Assembly (NCBI GenBank): GCA_963846765.1
Contig: CAWJXO010000030.1
Location: 311,423 to 375,422 of the forward strand
Origin: an uncultured Solirubrobacterales bacterium
GTDB taxonomy: Bacteria; Actinomycetota; Thermoleophilia; Solirubrobacterales; Solirubrobacteraceae
Direction: 5' to 3'
Length of the DNA: 64,000 nucleotides
Within the stretch, counting starts at the first letter, position 1, and each line of letters starts with the position of its first letter. The position numbers and the translations under genes were made by a program. The notes under the pieces were generated by a model. That model searched no databases and was not told where the DNA came from. It saw only the letters and a list, made by a program, of their open reading frames with translations. Below, piece after piece: positions 1 to 12,129 of this stretch.

Positions 1-1962
1 GTGATAGCCCTGGGCCAGGTCGCAGCCGAGCTTCTCGAGACGGTGCAGCGTGGCCTCGTCCTCCACCCCTTCGGCGACCACCTTCAGCCCGAGGTCGTGG
101 CCGAGGTTGATCGTCGAGCGCACGATGATCAGGTCGCTCTCGTCGCTCAGCATCGGCGACACGAACGAGCGGTCGATCTTGAGCTCGTCGATCGGCAGCC
201 GACGGAGGTTGGCCAGCGACGAGTAGCCGGTGCCGTAGTCGTCGACCGACAGCCCGACGCCAAGCTGACTGAGCCGCGTGAGCGTGACGAGCGACCGCTC
301 GGGATCCGACATCAACATGCTCTCGGTGATCTCGAGCTCGAGCGCCGACGGCGTCAACCGGTAGATCTTGAGCAGATCGGCGATCAGCGACGGGAGGTCG
401 GGATCGAGCAGGTTGCGCACCGACAGGTTGACCGAGACGGTCAGCTTCTCGCCGGCCCGATGCCAGGCCGCGCACTGCGCCACCGCGCGTTCGAGCACGT
501 GACGGGTCAGTGGCCCGATGAGCCCCGTCTGCTCGACGAGCGGCATGAAGTCTGACGGCGGCAAGAGCCCGAGCTCGGGGTGCTGCCAGCGCACCAGCGC
601 CTCGGCCCCGTGCACGCGCAGGCCGTCCATGTGCATGATCGGCTGGTAGAAGACGACGACCTCGTCGGAGTCGAGCCCACGCCGGAATTCGCTCAGCACG
701 TTGAGGCGGCGGACCGAGTGGCGGTCAAGCGCGGTCGCGTAGACCTTGCAGCCAGCGTGCGCCTCCTTCGCGGCGTACATCGCGACGTCGGCGCTCCGGA
801 GCAACGAGTGGGGATCATCGCCGTCGCGCGGGAAGCGGGCGATTCCGATGCTCACCCCCACCTCGAGCGTCATCTCGTCTACTACAACGGGGCGTTGGAC
901 GCATTCCATCAGGCGTCGGGCGATAGCCTCGAGCTCACCCGGGTCGGCGGTGTTCTCACCCGGAAGCACGGCAAACTCGTCACCACCGAGGCGCGCCACG
1001 AGACCGTCAGGGCCGACGGTCTCCGCCAGGCGTGGTCCGAGATCGCGCAGCATCTCATCGCCGAAGTGATGGCCGAGCGTGTCGTTGATCTCCTTGAAGC
1101 GGTCGAGATCGCACAGCATCACTCCGAATTTATCCTCGCCCGCTGTTGCGGTCGCGATCCGTTCGTCGAGGCGCGCGCGGAAGAGTTCTCGGTTCGGCAA
1201 TCCGGTGAGCTCGTCCGTTGTGGCCCTTCGACGGAGTTCTTCGCCGCGGTGCTTTGACTTGAGCAGCTCGCCGATGAGGTACTGGAAGATGAGCAGCACC
1301 ATGCCGAACAACGCGATCCCCGTCGTGCCGAGCTCCACAGCCACATAGACCGCGGCCATTGTCAGAAGCGCCGAGAACAGATCTGCTGAAAGGACCGGGA
1401 GTACGACATCGTGGACCTTCGCCACGAGCGACGACCGCCCAAGATAGGCGTGATAGCCGACTATCCCGATGAAATTCAGTGCCAGCGCGAACACGAACAC
1501 GGCGAAAACGAACAAGTAGTAACCGACGTCGTGCGGGCCGGTATGCCCGAGCGCGACCAGACCGTGGAAAGACATCGCCGTGATGAAGGGGAACCACGCA
1601 TAGGTCGCTAGGTTGTTGAAGAACATGTGGCGAGGCTCGCGCCAACGGACCCACCCCGCGCAAACCGTCGCGACCCCAATCACGACTGCGGGCCCGCATC
1701 CGAGGAGCACGCTAGCGAGAATGATCCCCAGGAAGCTTCCGGAGATCTTCAATCTGTGCGTGCCGGTTTCCACGGCTGTGGCGTCGCTCGCGACCGAGAA
1801 CAACACGATCACAACCAGCGGCGCCAGACGCCAGTCGGCATCGTGCGCCGTCAACGCGACTGAGACCACGGTCGCTACGAACAGCACCAGGTGGAGCACC
1901 GCAAACCATCGCGGAGGTTGCCGCGGGACACGTGCGCCTTCCTTGGCGGTGTTGCCGGCCAT
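1..1962 (-). CDS. Membrane-anchored diguanylate cyclase/phosphodiesterase (multi-TM MASE9-like N-terminus + GGDEF + EAL); 3' end runs off the window
   Basis: Not in the ORF track; translated by hand. ATG at 1962, then about 7-8 hydrophobic segments (..KISGSFLGIILASVLLGCGPA..), DELTGLPNR, VARLGGDEF (~975-999), GAEALVRWQH (~582-610) and LGCDLAQGYH at the window edge. Start, GGDEF and edge codons are in one frame. Confidence 0.93.
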   Translation of the reverse strand, partial: MAGNTAKEGARVPRQPPRWFAVLHLVLFVATVVSVALTAHDADWRLAPLVVIVLFSVASDATAVETGTHRLKISGSFLGIILASVLLGCGPAVVIGVATVCAGWVRWREPRHMFFNNLATYAWFPFITAMSFHGLVALGHTGPHDVGYYLFVFAVFVFALALNFIGIVGYHAYLGRSSLVAKVHDVVLPVLSADLFSALLTMAAVYVAVELGTTGIALFGMVLLIFQYLIGELLKSKHRGEELRRRATTDELTGLPNRELFRARLDERIATATAGEDKFGVMLCDLDRFKEINDTLGHHFGDEMLRDLGPRLAETVGPDGLVARLGGDEFAVLPGENTADPGELEAIARRLMECVQRPVVVDEMTLEVGVSIGIARFPRDGDDPHSLLRSADVAMYAAKEAHAGCKVYATALDRHSVRRLNVLSEFRRGLDSDEVVVFYQPIMHMDGLRVHGAEALVRWQHPELGLLPPSDFMPLVEQTGLIGPLTRHVLERAVAQCAAWHRAGEKLTVSVNLSVRNLLDPDLPSLIADLLKIYRLTPSALELEITESMLMSDPERSLVTLTRLSQLGVGLSVDDYGTGYSSLANLRRLPIDELKIDRSFVSPMLSDESDLIIVRSTINLGHDLGLKVVAEGVEDEATLHRLEKLGCDLAQGYH

Positions 1963-2090
1963 CGCCCCTAGTCATCGGCTCATGCGGCCGAATTCTCAAG
2001 GTTCTCCGCGGGTGTCCAGCTTCGTACGGACAGCGGTAAAGGTCTGACACCCCGGACCGATAACACCGGGACGGAGCATCAGTTAAGCGG

Positions 2091-2118
2091 TGGGGGCCCG
2101 CCTGCCAGCGAGCCCCCA
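2091..2118 (-). terminator. GC-rich hairpin (11-bp stem, 6-nt loop) just downstream of the micro-ORF; terminator/attenuator-like
   Basis: Minus strand UGGGGGCUCGC-UGGCAG-GCGGGCCCCCA. The one non-Watson-Crick position is a U.G wobble only on the minus strand. The U-tail is weak. Confidence 0.55.
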
Positions 2119-2125
2119 AAGCCGA

Positions 2126-2146
2126 CTAATGGCCGATGTAACCCAC
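2126..2146 (-). CDS. Putative 6-aa micro-peptide (M)GYIGH
   Basis: GAAAGGAG Shine-Dalgarno (2159-2152), 5-nt spacer, then GTG GGT TAC ATC GGC CAT TAG, followed by the hairpin. Confidence 0.5.
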   Translation of the reverse strand: MGYIGH

Positions 2147-2237
2147 GTGAGCTCCTTTCGTGGGGCCATAACACGGATATCCGTGCGAGAAGCAGCCTCT
2201 ACCCCTAAATAGTGCTGCTCTCGCTCTGCTTCTGCTT

Positions 2238-2287
2238 GGGGACTGCGCCCCTGTGCCTTGGGAAAGGTACCGGGGTCCGCAGTTCCC
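2238..2287 (+). other. Long imperfect RNA hairpin with a GGGA loop in the intergenic region
   Basis: GGGGACTGCG-CCCCT-GTGCCTT-GGGA-AAGGTAC-CGGGG-TC-CGCAGTTCCC. Two G.U wobbles favour folding on the plus strand. Confidence 0.45.
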
Positions 2288-2617
2288 GCAATAGGACGTT
2301 CGTCCAGTTGTGTCTCGGGCTCTAAAGTCGCGGGCAAGTCTCGCCGATTTAGCGCCACCCCTCGAGCGGGCTGTTCCGGGGCCCGAACCGGCGCGCGCAC
2401 TACGTGCGCTCCCATCTATCGTGCGGGCTCGTTTTTGGACGCCTGTTCTAGCTGCGAATCGCGTCTTTAGGACCCGAACCTGCATGGCACGTCAACGGAC
2501 CCGCGATCCGGCGACGGTGCCGTGTAAAGCATGCCTGGCATGCGCAATGCGTCAAGGTTCAGCGGAATCCGGTCGATTGGCGCGTGGTGCATGTCGCGGC
2601 GCCCAACGGACGCGCGC

Positions 2618-3628
2618 TCACGCCAGCCCGTAGAGCGCAGCAGCAGCCTTCCACATGACGCGCTCGCGCCCGTCGTCGCTCAGCCGGTCGAGCAGCGCCG
2701 CAAGCCCGTCGCCGTGGTCGTGCGGGTAGTCGGACGCGTAGGCGAGCAGGTCCGGCGCGTCCATCATCTCGAGCAGTTGATCCAACGCCACCGGATCCGA
2801 GGGCAGGTGCGCCGGCGCGGTGGTGAAGCGGAAGTGCTCGCGCACGTATTCCGAGGGCCGGCGCTTGACCCATGGCACCTCGCGCCACACGCCCTTCCAG
2901 TCCTTGTCGAACCGCCACAACAGTGGCGCCAGCCAAGCGAACCCGCACTCACTCACGATCACGCGCAGGTCGGGGAAACGTTCGAACACGCCCTCGCTGA
3001 CGAAGCTCAGGACCTGGGCCTGGGCGATCGGCTGGTTGCCCAGGTAGTCCTCCAAGTAAGTGGTCGTGAATCCGCTCGGGGTCGGCGCCTTGCCGGCACG
3101 GCCCCACGCATGCAGACCAACCTGGAGCCCGGCCGAGCGGGCGGCGGCGAAGATCGGGTGGTTGGTCTTGTGCCCCCACGGCAGATCGCTGCGCACGGGC
3201 AGGAGGACCTGGACGAAGCGTGGGTCCTCCCCCACGCGCTCGATCTCCGACACGGCGTCGTCGGGCGCGACCGTCGACACGACCAGGCTCGCGCGCAACC
3301 GTTCGTCCTGGGCGAGAAACTCGGAACGCATCCAGTCGTTGATCGCCGACGCGACGGCGGCCACGAAGTAGGGGTTGCGGTGCGTCTCGAAGCCGGTCAC
3401 ACAGTTCAAAACCACGAACCGGGGCGCATCCGTACCCAACACCTGAGTAGACAACTCGGAATAGCTCGACGGCGCCGGTGTCGTGACGCCGCCCGGGTAA
3501 GCATGCGCGAGCCCCGTCAGCCGGATCCCGGCCTCGGTGATGTACTGCCGCCAGTAGTCGCTCAGGTACGGGAACAGCGCGTCGTAGGACGCCGGCGCGC
3601 AGTGCACATCGCAGTCGATCGCGTCCAC
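2618..3628 (-). CDS. Amidohydrolase-2 family (TIM-barrel metallo) protein
   Basis: Starts (M)DAIDCDVH at GTG 3628, just after the upstream stop. Motifs GLHAWG, SECGFAW, YASDYPHDH. Confidence 0.88.
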   Translation of the reverse strand: MDAIDCDVHCAPASYDALFPYLSDYWRQYITEAGIRLTGLAHAYPGGVTTPAPSSYSELSTQVLGTDAPRFVVLNCVTGFETHRNPYFVAAVASAINDWMRSEFLAQDERLRASLVVSTVAPDDAVSEIERVGEDPRFVQVLLPVRSDLPWGHKTNHPIFAAARSAGLQVGLHAWGRAGKAPTPSGFTTTYLEDYLGNQPIAQAQVLSFVSEGVFERFPDLRVIVSECGFAWLAPLLWRFDKDWKGVWREVPWVKRRPSEYVREHFRFTTAPAHLPSDPVALDQLLEMMDAPDLLAYASDYPHDHGDGLAALLDRLSDDGRERVMWKAAAALYGLA

Positions 3629-3632
3629 GACG

Positions 3633-4748
3633 CTAGGCCGAACGCGTGGCCGGCAGTCCGTACAGCGCGAGTGCGTTCTCGCACAGGATCGCGCGCCGCA
3701 ATTCGGGCCCGAGCATCCGCGGCAGCGCCTGCTTGGGAGAGTCGAAGTCCCAGTGCGGATAGTCGGTCGCAAACAGCAACCGGTCACCCAGCCGCGCCTG
3801 CTCGATCGCATAGACGAGATGCTGTGGGTCGTCCGGCTCCTCGATCGGCTGCGTGGTGAACCAGACGTGCTCGTCGATGTACTCGGATGGCTTTCGCTCC
3901 AGGCGGGGATGATCCGAGCGCATCAGCTCCCACGCGGCGTCGAGCGACCAGCGGAGCGCCGCGGCCCACGCCACGCCGCACTCGGTCAGCACCACCCGAA
4001 GCCCGGAGATCGCATCGAACATGCCGCCGGCCACCATGCTCGTCAGCTGGCCCTGCATGACGATCCCGTTGCCCACGTGGTAATCGAGATAGAACGACGG
4101 ATACCCGGCGCCGCGGTGATCGACGTAGCCGCCGGTGTGAAAAGCCACCGGCCGACCACAGGCGGTCGCGGCCTCGTAGATGGGCCAGTACTTCGGATTG
4201 CCGAGCTGGTCGGAGGCGCTCGCCGGCAGCAGCACCGCGACGAAGCGGTCGTCGCCGGCGCGTCGCTCGATCTCGGCGACGGCCAGCTCCGGATATTCGT
4301 GAGGGACGGCGATCGTGCCTCGCAGACGCGAGTCGAAATCGAGCCATGAATCGACCTGCCACTCGTTCACTGCCGCGTTCCACTCCGCCGCGAAGTCCGG
4401 ATGGTCGTAGCAGTCCTGCCCGCTGAGTACCTCGAGCACCGCGTAGTCGACATCGAACTCGTCGAGCAGCTGCTCGCGCGTCAGCTCGGGGTCGCTCCCC
4501 CAGATGTGACCCGGCTTGCCCGGCCAGGCGTCGACGCGCATGCCGGCGTGGCGCGCTCGCGGGTACCACTCGGTGACTCGCGGCGTCCGCCGGCCGTAGC
4601 GTTCGAGGAGACGCCGAGCAGGCGCACTCAGATACCGAGCCAGCATCGCCTCGGTCGCCTGCGCGTGTACGTCGCAGTCCACAAGCTCGACCGACCGCAT
4701 CGTCTCCGCAACAACCCCTGAACGTGTCTCAACCTGAGAAGTCATCAC
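3633..4748 (-). CDS. Amidohydrolase-2 family (TIM-barrel metallo) protein, paralog of its neighbour
   Basis: Motifs VDCDVH, AFHTGG, TECG, WFTTQPIEEP, FATDYPHWD. Confidence 0.9.
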   Translation of the reverse strand: MMTSQVETRSGVVAETMRSVELVDCDVHAQATEAMLARYLSAPARRLLERYGRRTPRVTEWYPRARHAGMRVDAWPGKPGHIWGSDPELTREQLLDEFDVDYAVLEVLSGQDCYDHPDFAAEWNAAVNEWQVDSWLDFDSRLRGTIAVPHEYPELAVAEIERRAGDDRFVAVLLPASASDQLGNPKYWPIYEAATACGRPVAFHTGGYVDHRGAGYPSFYLDYHVGNGIVMQGQLTSMVAGGMFDAISGLRVVLTECGVAWAAALRWSLDAAWELMRSDHPRLERKPSEYIDEHVWFTTQPIEEPDDPQHLVYAIEQARLGDRLLFATDYPHWDFDSPKQALPRMLGPELRRAILCENALALYGLPATRSA

Positions 4749-4753
4749 TCACC

Positions 4754-5203
4754 TCACGCATGCAACACAACGTACTCGTCCTCGATGTTCACTTCGAATG
4801 TCTCGGCGATATACGGACCCGGTATCCGCCTCGCCGGCGTCGCCGGACGCACATCCTCAGACGCGACCGATTCGCCAGGCGATAGCGAGACGCCGTAACT
4901 GCGAACGCCCGGCGCCAGCGTGCCCATGAACGACCGGCCGCTGTCGAGGTCGTACTCCCACCCGTGCCATGGGCACGCGATCCGCAGCGGATCCGACGAG
5001 ATCGTCGCCTCGCCCGGCGCGACCGCCACGGCATCGCCGAGAACGTGGCCCAGACACAGCGGGCCGCCCTGGTGCGGGCACCGGTTGCGGATCCCGTAGA
5101 AGTTCTCGCCGACGCGAAACACGCCGATGGACCGACCCCCCACCTCGACGATGCGCCGCTCACCCGAGGAAAAACTGTGCAAGGGGGCGACCACGACCCG
5201 CAT
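4754..5203 (-). CDS. Rieske [2Fe-2S] ferredoxin
   Basis: Rieske motifs CPHQGGPL and CPWHGWEYD. Confidence 0.92.
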   Translation of the reverse strand: MRVVVAPLHSFSSGERRIVEVGGRSIGVFRVGENFYGIRNRCPHQGGPLCLGHVLGDAVAVAPGEATISSDPLRIACPWHGWEYDLDSGRSFMGTLAPGVRSYGVSLSPGESVASEDVRPATPARRIPGPYIAETFEVNIEDEYVVLHA

Positions 5204-5212
5204 CTCGGTCGG

Positions 5213-8043
<2,831 letters not shown>

Positions 8044-8070
8044 CTACCCCGCCGGACGGGCGTCGCGAAC

Positions 8071-9066
8071 CTATTCTTGGAACTCGGTGTCGATCCAGGC
8101 CATGTTCGACCGCAGCTCGCGCCCGATCACCTCGACCTGGTGCCCGGCCTGCTCTTCGCGCATCCGCTTGAAGTTCTCCTGACCGGCGCGGTTCTCGGCG
8201 ATCCACTCGCGGGCGAAATCACCGGACTGGATGTCGGCGAGCACTTTCTTCATCGCCTCGCGGGTCGCGTCGCTGATGATCACCTTCCCGCGGGTCATGT
8301 CGCCGTACTCCGCGGTGTTCGAAATCGAGTAGCGCATCCCCGCGATGCCCTTCTCGTACATCAGGTCGACGATCAGCTTGAGCTCGTGGAGGACCTCGAA
8401 GTACGCGAGCCGGGGGTCGTAACCGGCGTCGGTCAGCGTGTCGTAGCCGGCCCGGACGAGTTCGGTAACGCCACCGCACAGGACCGCCTGCTCACCGAAC
8501 AGGTCGGTCTCGGTCTCGTCCTTGAACGTGGTCTCGATCACGCCGCCGCGCGTGCAGCCGATGCCCTTGGCGTAGGCGAGCGCGAGCGCGAGCGCCTGGC
8601 CGCTGGCGTCCTGATCGACCGCGACGAGCCCGGGCACGCCCGACCCCTCGAGGTACTGCCGACGGACCAAGTGCCCCGGTCCCTTGGGCGCGACCAGTGC
8701 AACGTCGACGTCGGGCGGCGGCACGACTTCGCCGTAGTGGATCGAGAAGCCGTGGCCGAACAGGACCATGTTCCCGGGCGCGACGCCGTCCTTGACGCCC
8801 GATTCCCACACGGAGCGGTGTAGCTCGTCGGGGACGAGCATCATCACGATGTCGCCCTCACTGGCGGCGTCCGCGGGCTCGGCCACGCGCAGACCGTGCT
8901 CGCTTGCCTTGGCCACGCTGCTCGAGTCCGGGCGCAGGCCGACCACGACCGACACCCCCGAGTCCTTCAGGTTCAGCGCGTGCGCGTGTCCCTGTGAGCC
9001 GTAACCGATGATCGCGACGGTCTTGCCGTCGAGTAGATGAAGGTCAGCGTCGTCGTCGTAGAACAT
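8071..9066 (-). CDS. ilvC: Ketol-acid reductoisomerase
   Basis: [47 protein letters not shown]. Start is ATG 9066 (preceded by TACGCT) or TTG 9072. Confidence 0.97.
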   Translation of the reverse strand: MFYDDDADLHLLDGKTVAIIGYGSQGHAHALNLKDSGVSVVVGLRPDSSSVAKASEHGLRVAEPADAASEGDIVMMLVPDELHRSVWESGVKDGVAPGNMVLFGHGFSIHYGEVVPPPDVDVALVAPKGPGHLVRRQYLEGSGVPGLVAVDQDASGQALALALAYAKGIGCTRGGVIETTFKDETETDLFGEQAVLCGGVTELVRAGYDTLTDAGYDPRLAYFEVLHELKLIVDLMYEKGIAGMRYSISNTAEYGDMTRGKVIISDATREAMKKVLADIQSGDFAREWIAENRAGQENFKRMREEQAGHQVEVIGRELRSNMAWIDTEFQE

Positions 9067-9162
9067 TGCCAAGGAGCGTAGTGGATCGAACCGAGGCGGT
9101 CCGCCCGGCAGGCCCAGGGAGATCCACCGATCAAACGCGCTCCCCGGCGAGTTCTCAGTGGC

Positions 9163-10359
9163 TCATCCGCCGCCGCCGAACTGACTCTCGAGAGCCAGCA
9201 CGCTGTTCACGTAGTTCCGCGTCGAGGGGTAGACGCCGTTCTGCATAACGGAGGGCAGGCCCTGGTAGTAGCCCGCGGCCGCCATCGCCTCGTCGCCGCC
9301 CGTGGAGCCCAGCAGCGAGTGCAGCAGCAGCACTCCGCCGCGAACGTTGTCGGCAGCCGAGGCCGGGGCCAGGGGTGGTCCGCCGGTGTCGAGCGAGTGC
9401 TGGATCCACTCCCAGGTCCCCGGAAGGATCTGCATGACCCCGCGCGCATCGGCGCTCGAGACGAGGTCGTTGTTGAACCCGCTCTCCTGCCACGCGATCG
9501 CATCGGCGAGCGACGACGGGACCCCGTTGGCGGCGGCGACCGAGCCGACCTCAGAGGCGGTGACGCGCTCGGGCGTGGGATACGGCGGGTCGGTCGGCAC
9601 TCCCTGCGCGGTCCCGCCAACCGGTTGTGACGTCGCGGCGTTCGAATCGCTCGACGCGCTCGACATCGACACCTCGACCGACGAACCTGACGCCGACCCC
9701 GACCCCGCGGGCACACGAAGAACGGTCCCGGTGATCAGGAACTTGTTGGCGTCCAGGCCGTTGGCGGCGGCGAGCGCGTTGACACTCTCGCCGGCGCGCG
9801 CCGCGATCGCCGACAGCGTGTCGCCGGCCTGGACCACGTAGGACCCGCCCGAGCCCGAGCCCGAGCTCGTGGTCGCATCGCTCACGGGCACGGCCGTCCC
9901 GGACGAGCTCGAGCCCGCGAGGTGGAGGACCGTGCCGGTCAGCAGGAATGAGTTCGGGTTCAGTCCATTGGCGGCGGCGAGCGCGTCGACGCTGACGCCC
10001 GAGCGCGCAGCGATCGCGGACAGCGTGTCGCCCGGCTGCACCACATAGGCGCCCGACGTGCTCGTGCTCGCCGGCACCGCGGTGCTCCCGGCCTCGCCGG
10101 TCTCCTCGGTCGTCGAGGGGGCGACCACGCTCGCCCCCTGCGGGGGGATCTGGATGGTCGAGCCGGCCTGGAGCTGGGTGTCGGGCGAGAGCCCGTTGGC
10201 CGCCGCGAGCGACGCGACGCTCAGGCCGTCCTGAGCGGCGATCGAAGACAGGGATTCACCGGGGCCGACGACGTGCACGAAGTAAGCCGATGCGGTCGCG
10301 GGAACGCAGAGCGTGGCGCCGAGAGCGGCGGTAACTAGCAGGGAAAGTCGCAATTGCAT
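9163..10359 (-). CDS. Secreted 3xLysM + SLT-family lytic transglycosylase
   Basis: Signal peptide (MQLRLSLLV..ASA), three LysM repeats (YVVQPGDTLSAIA..LAAANGL), Ser/Gly linkers, and SLT motifs QESG, GVMQ, YYQG. Confidence 0.9.
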   Translation of the reverse strand: MQLRLSLLVTAALGATLCVPATASAYFVHVVGPGESLSSIAAQDGLSVASLAAANGLSPDTQLQAGSTIQIPPQGASVVAPSTTEETGEAGSTAVPASTSTSGAYVVQPGDTLSAIAARSGVSVDALAAANGLNPNSFLLTGTVLHLAGSSSSGTAVPVSDATTSSGSGSGGSYVVQAGDTLSAIAARAGESVNALAAANGLDANKFLITGTVLRVPAGSGSASGSSVEVSMSSASSDSNAATSQPVGGTAQGVPTDPPYPTPERVTASEVGSVAAANGVPSSLADAIAWQESGFNNDLVSSADARGVMQILPGTWEWIQHSLDTGGPPLAPASAADNVRGGVLLLHSLLGSTGGDEAMAAAGYYQGLPSVMQNGVYPSTRNYVNSVLALESQFGGGG

Positions 10360-10477
10360 GCGCCCCAGTGTGGTCAAGTCCGGGCCTAACCGGAATCACT
10401 GCAACCGGGCTTTCAACCTGCAAAATCGCGTTCATCGGTTTGCCGGCGGGAAGGATTGCGGCGCGCCCGAAAACGGG

Positions 10478-11332
10478 TCAGGCGTCAGCCGCGGCCACCA
10501 GCGACTGCGCCGGCAAGCGCAGCTTCCCATCGGCCCCGATGTACGGCTGCGCGAGCTCCGACACCCTGGCGAGCACTTCCGATCGCTGCTCGTCCGATAG
10601 CGGGTCGAGCACCTCGCCGAACATGCTCGAGAGATCGTGGGTCTCGGCTATGTACTCCTCGACGCTGTCGAACGCGCGCTGCGGCTCGACCGTCTCGACC
10701 ACCACATCGATGAACCCGGCGTCCTCCAGGAGACCCTGCAGGCGACCCGGTGGCGCCAGCGCGAACATCCCCGGCGCTTCGGGGTCGGGCTCCGTCGTAT
10801 GCCCGAGCTCCACCAGCACCCGGCTCGGGATCGTGGCCCACGGGTTCGCCGGCGGCCCGTCCCACACGGCGAGAGCAGCGCGTCCGCCCGGGCGCAGCAC
10901 CCGCCGGACCTCCCGCAGCGCCGCCTCGGGGTCGACCGCGAACATCAACCCCCACTTGCACAGCACTACGTCGACGCTCGCGGTCCCGAGATCGATCCAC
11001 TCGAGCTCGAGCCGCTTGAACTCGACGTTCTCGACGCCCAGGTCCTTCGCGCGGGCGCGCGCGACGTCGAGCATCTGGTCGGTCGCGTCGCTGCATATGA
11101 GCGACCCGCCGGGGCGGATCAGCTCGGCGGCGAGGAACCCGGTCTCCCCCGGTCCGGCCGCGAGCTCGAGCACCCGGAGCCCGGGCTGCAACCGGGCGTG
11201 GTCGAGCATCCAGGTCGACACGGGCAGCCCGAACTCACGCACGGCGCGGGCCCGCTTGTCCCATCCGGCCGCGGCCCGTCCCCAGCGCTCGAGCATCTCG
11301 GCCCGGACCGCATCGGGATCGGACACGCCCAC
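10478..11332 (-). CDS. Class I SAM-dependent methyltransferase (UbiE-like fold)
   Basis: VLELAAGPG SAM motif; EVRRVLRPGG. Confidence 0.88.
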   Translation of the reverse strand: MGVSDPDAVRAEMLERWGRAAAGWDKRARAVREFGLPVSTWMLDHARLQPGLRVLELAAGPGETGFLAAELIRPGGSLICSDATDQMLDVARARAKDLGVENVEFKRLELEWIDLGTASVDVVLCKWGLMFAVDPEAALREVRRVLRPGGRAALAVWDGPPANPWATIPSRVLVELGHTTEPDPEAPGMFALAPPGRLQGLLEDAGFIDVVVETVEPQRAFDSVEEYIAETHDLSSMFGEVLDPLSDEQRSEVLARVSELAQPYIGADGKLRLPAQSLVAAADA

Positions 11333-12121
11333 TTACTCCTCCTCCGCGTCGGGGGCGCGCTCGGAAAGGCGCCGCGCGATCTCGTCGAAGGCGCCCTCGA
11401 TGTCCGCGCTCAGCCGTCGCTGGAAGATCGCGATCACGGCCTCGGACGCTACCGGTCCGAGCCGCGCCACCGCCTGCTCGATCTCGGGCCAGCGCTCGGC
11501 CGGCATGTCGGCCTGCGCAAACGGCTTCCAGATCTCGTGCAGGAACAGCTCGACGAACGAGCGCGACACGGACTCGCAGTGGCGATCGATGTCCTCGAGG
11601 ATCGACAGCGCGCTGCGTAGTGAGATCCCGCGCGCGACGACCTCTTCGGCGATCGCCAGCAGCGACGGGCTCGGCGCCCGGAACCGGTCGTCGCCGATCG
11701 GCACGAGCACACCGAGCCGCTCGGCCTCCGCGAGCACCTCGGGCGCCTCCTTCGCGCCGACGCGGAAGCGCTTGCCGAGCTCATCGAGCGTCAGCGTCTC
11801 GCCGCGCTCGGTGCCGGCGGCTGCGCTCAGCGACTCACCGAACTGCCGCAGGCGCTCGGCCGTGCCCTGGGTGTCGTCGAGCAGCCGCTTGATCCCGCCG
11901 AGGTTGAACCCGTCATCCTGGAGCTCTCGGACCAGTCGCAGCTGCGCGAGATGCTCCGGCCCGTAGTAGCCGACCCGGGCGCGGACCTCGGGCGGGTCGA
12001 GCAGTCCGCGCGCCTGGTGGGCGCGGATGTTCCGCACCGACATCCCCGACTGGGCCGCCAGCTGCTCGATCGTCAGCTGGTTGGGGGACTCGGATTCCTC
12101 GAGGCTCGGCGCGGAGGACAC
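11333..12121 (-). CDS. MerR-family transcriptional regulator
   Basis: LTIEQLAAQSGMSVRNIRAHQARGLLDPP..GYYGPEHLAQL winged HTH. GTG start at 12121, just after the menE stop. Confidence 0.88.
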   Translation of the reverse strand: MSSAPSLEESESPNQLTIEQLAAQSGMSVRNIRAHQARGLLDPPEVRARVGYYGPEHLAQLRLVRELQDDGFNLGGIKRLLDDTQGTAERLRQFGESLSAAAGTERGETLTLDELGKRFRVGAKEAPEVLAEAERLGVLVPIGDDRFRAPSPSLLAIAEEVVARGISLRSALSILEDIDRHCESVSRSFVELFLHEIWKPFAQADMPAERWPEIEQAVARLGPVASEAVIAIFQRRLSADIEGAFDEIARRLSERAPDAEEE

Positions 12122-12129
12122 GTCACCGA

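Noticed and set aside
1-1257. Plus-strand ORFs 1..555 and 580..1257
   Set aside because: Antisense shadows of the minus-strand GGDEF-EAL gene, which has clear motifs.
2126-2146. Micro-peptide as a biarylitide (MxYxH) RiPP precursor
   Set aside because: The spacing is Y-x-x-H rather than Y-x-H, and no cytochrome P450 is adjacent.
2290-2370. c-di-GMP riboswitch upstream of the GGDEF-EAL gene
   Set aside because: I could not find the GEMM-I consensus (GGCAAAC..GNRA..GACGCAAA) on either strand by eye. An Rfam scan would be decisive.
10360-10477. c-di-AMP (ydaO) riboswitch upstream of the LysM transglycosylase
   Set aside because: The spacer is short, lacks the GCUGAA..GGAA..CAGCU motifs, and the gene looks leaderless (CACACT + 7 nt).
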